From: an uncultured bacterium
GTDB lineage: Bacteria; Abyssobacteria; SURF-5
NCBI GenBank assembly: GCA_964510165.1
Contig: CAZEBC010000008.1
Location: 1 to 47,965, forward strand
Length of the DNA stretch: 47,965 bases
Direction of reading: 5' to 3'
Part shown: positions 46,272 through 47,965 of the stretch, one piece after another
Layout: every line of letters begins with the position of its first letter
Position numbering within the stretch: the first letter of the stretch is position 1
The notes under the pieces: model-generated
What the model saw: only the letters and a program-made list of their open reading frames with translations
Database searches by the model: none
Told to the model about the DNA's origin: nothing
Position numbers and translations under genes: made by a program

Positions 46272-47964
46272 GAACAGCCGCGAGCGAGACGTCGGGAGGA
46301 CCCTGATTCTTCTTGAATATCTCGCAGGACTCACAACCGGGCTTGCCCGTGCGTTGGGCCGAAGGAATAGGGGAAACGTTGCGCCAGCAAGGAGAAACCT
46401 TGCCAGACCCGCCGCCAGGCTCTCTTGAGCATTCGCTGAAGGCCTCGGTGGGCAATATCACCGAAACCACCGTTCCCCTCGATGGTTCGCTGTAAAGGCT
46501 CGTAAATCCGCAGTGCTGTTCAATGATTGAGTAGTTGATGGATAGTCCGAGTCCGGTACCCTTTCCGGGCGCCTTGGTCGTGAAGAAGGGATTAAATATC
46601 TTGTCCACAATCTCCGGCTTTATTCCGCAACCGTTGTCCATAATCAAAACTTGCACATAGCGTCCTTCGTCGAGAGGTAGAACCCTGATCTTGACCCTAC
46701 CCTCGCCGTTCTCGTCAATCGCATCCCTTGCGTTAGTCAGAAAATTCAGGAACACCTGGTGTAGTTGATTGGCATCGCCATATACGCGGGGCGTTGAAGC
46801 GTCCAACTCTTCCTCGATCCTTATTCGATGCTGGCGGAACTGTTCGCCCACGAGGATGAGCGAGTCATGGATCGGTTGATGGATGTCTATGAACCCGTAT
46901 TCGAATTTGGACTGCCGCGCCAGATTCCACATGGTTTCGGTAATTTCCTTCATCCGTGAAGCTTGCCTGTCGATCTGGAGTAGCCGAGGCTTCAGTTCGC
47001 TGTCCTCCGGCACCATGCTCAAGAGGAGTTGGGTGTAACCCTTTATTCCGGCAAGCGGCTGGTTCAACTCGTGTGCCACGCCCGCACCAAACTCGCCCAT
47101 TGCCGCCATCTTCCCGGCCTGGATCAACTGTGCCTGCGCTTTGCGAAGCTCCTTGTTCGCCAGTTCAAGCTCTTCGTTGGTTCGCTTCAGCGCCTGGGTA
47201 CGTTCACGCACTCTCTCCTCGAGTGTCTGGCTGTAGTCAATAAGCTCATCATGGGATTTCTGGAGGTTAACAGCCATCTGATTGAAACTGTCGGCAAGCT
47301 CCCCGATCTCATCTCGAGTCTTTGCAACCACAAGCTGCGAAAGGTCTCCCGCGGCAATACGCTTGGTTCCTTGCACAAGCTGGCGGATCGGATTCACCGT
47401 GATTCTCACGAGGGGAATGCTTATCACTATTCCCGCCACTGCCACTGCTCCTGCGATGACAAATATGGTTCCTTGGATTCTCTGAAGCTCTCGAAACGAC
47501 CTGATGCTCGACAGGACGACTCGCGCCGAGCCTATCTCGACGTTCTCGACGCCAGTCTCGGGCGCAGGATCATCCCCGAACATCAGCCCGATTTCCTCAC
47601 GGTCGCGGGTGACGCGACTCGTAAATACCGGCGCCTCAAAATCGAAAAACTGAATGCCATTTCTCTGACTATGGTACTGCCTCATTCGTATCCCTGAAGA
47701 GTCATCGACCTGTTTAAGGGAATGCATATCGTCTGCGGGGTCCGGAAGGGCTGGATTTGAAGCCATCCGCACCAGCACCTCGCCATCGGTCCTTCTTATC
47801 TCGGCCAGATATACGTCGGGGTCTTCGGTGAGGAGTTTGAGCAAGAGGTCCAGATGGTCGGTGTCCGAAAAGAGCACTCCCGACTCACTGTTGTGAGCCA
47901 GGTTGATGGCAATCGACCGTCCTCTGGCGCGTAATTCGTCGATCTCTTTCGCCCTGACCGCGCG
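46246..47964 (-). CDS. HAMP-domain sensor histidine kinase, 5' end beyond the window
   Basis: Frame stays open to the window edge (…[23 protein letters not shown]…); [51 protein letters not shown]. Confidence 0.9.
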   Translation of the reverse strand, partial: RAVRAKEIDELRARGRSIAINLAHNSESGVLFSDTDHLDLLLKLLTEDPDVYLAEIRRTDGEVLVRMASNPALPDPADDMHSLKQVDDSSGIRMRQYHSQRNGIQFFDFEAPVFTSRVTRDREEIGLMFGDDPAPETGVENVEIGSARVVLSSIRSFRELQRIQGTIFVIAGAVAVAGIVISIPLVRITVNPIRQLVQGTKRIAAGDLSQLVVAKTRDEIGELADSFNQMAVNLQKSHDELIDYSQTLEERVRERTQALKRTNEELELANKELRKAQAQLIQAGKMAAMGEFGAGVAHELNQPLAGIKGYTQLLLSMVPEDSELKPRLLQIDRQASRMKEITETMWNLARQSKFEYGFIDIHQPIHDSLILVGEQFRQHRIRIEEELDASTPRVYGDANQLHQVFLNFLTNARDAIDENGEGRVKIRVLPLDEGRYVQVLIMDNGCGIKPEIVDKIFNPFFTTKAPGKGTGLGLSINYSIIEQHCGFTSLYSEPSRGTVVSVILPTEAFSECSREPGGGSGKVSPCWRNVSPIPSAQRTGKPGCESCEIFKKNQGPPDVSLAAVLNEFLGER

Positions 47965-47965
47965 A

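Overview
Bacterial chromosomal segment dominated by a near-complete, co-oriented reductive dissimilatory sulfate-reduction supercluster: dsrABD - sat - aprBA - Zn-ribbon - YkgJ - qmoABC - CoA/persulfide reductase-rhodanese - dsrABD again - dsrN - nitrilase - dsrC - dsrTMKJOP (7829-33125). dsrABD occurs twice as an apparently identical 2622-bp direct repeat (7818-10439 and 22106-24727), bounded almost exactly by the dsrA ribosome-binding site and the dsrD stop codon. The first copy follows a well-formed sigma54 promoter. Two unusual signalling modules bracket the cluster. The upstream module (1806-7348) has an Rrf2 regulator, a macrodomain with altered motifs, a DsrM/TmcC-like membrane subunit lacking one pair of heme ligands, a TmcB/HmcF/DsrK-like CCG Fe-S protein fused to a receiver domain, a histidine kinase with two Cys-rich PAS domains and a paralogous free receiver. 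The downstream module (33239-36548) has an atypical protein kinase, a histidine kinase with c-type heme motifs and a receiver fused to a GcvH-like domain without the lipoyl lysine. The flanks hold tRNA-Leu(CAG), a frameshifted methyltransferase, a fused membrane/spermidine-synthase-like protein, two GT-C-like membrane proteins, rlmB, recD2 and a 5'-truncated histidine kinase. All calls come from motif recognition by eye; no database searches were run.
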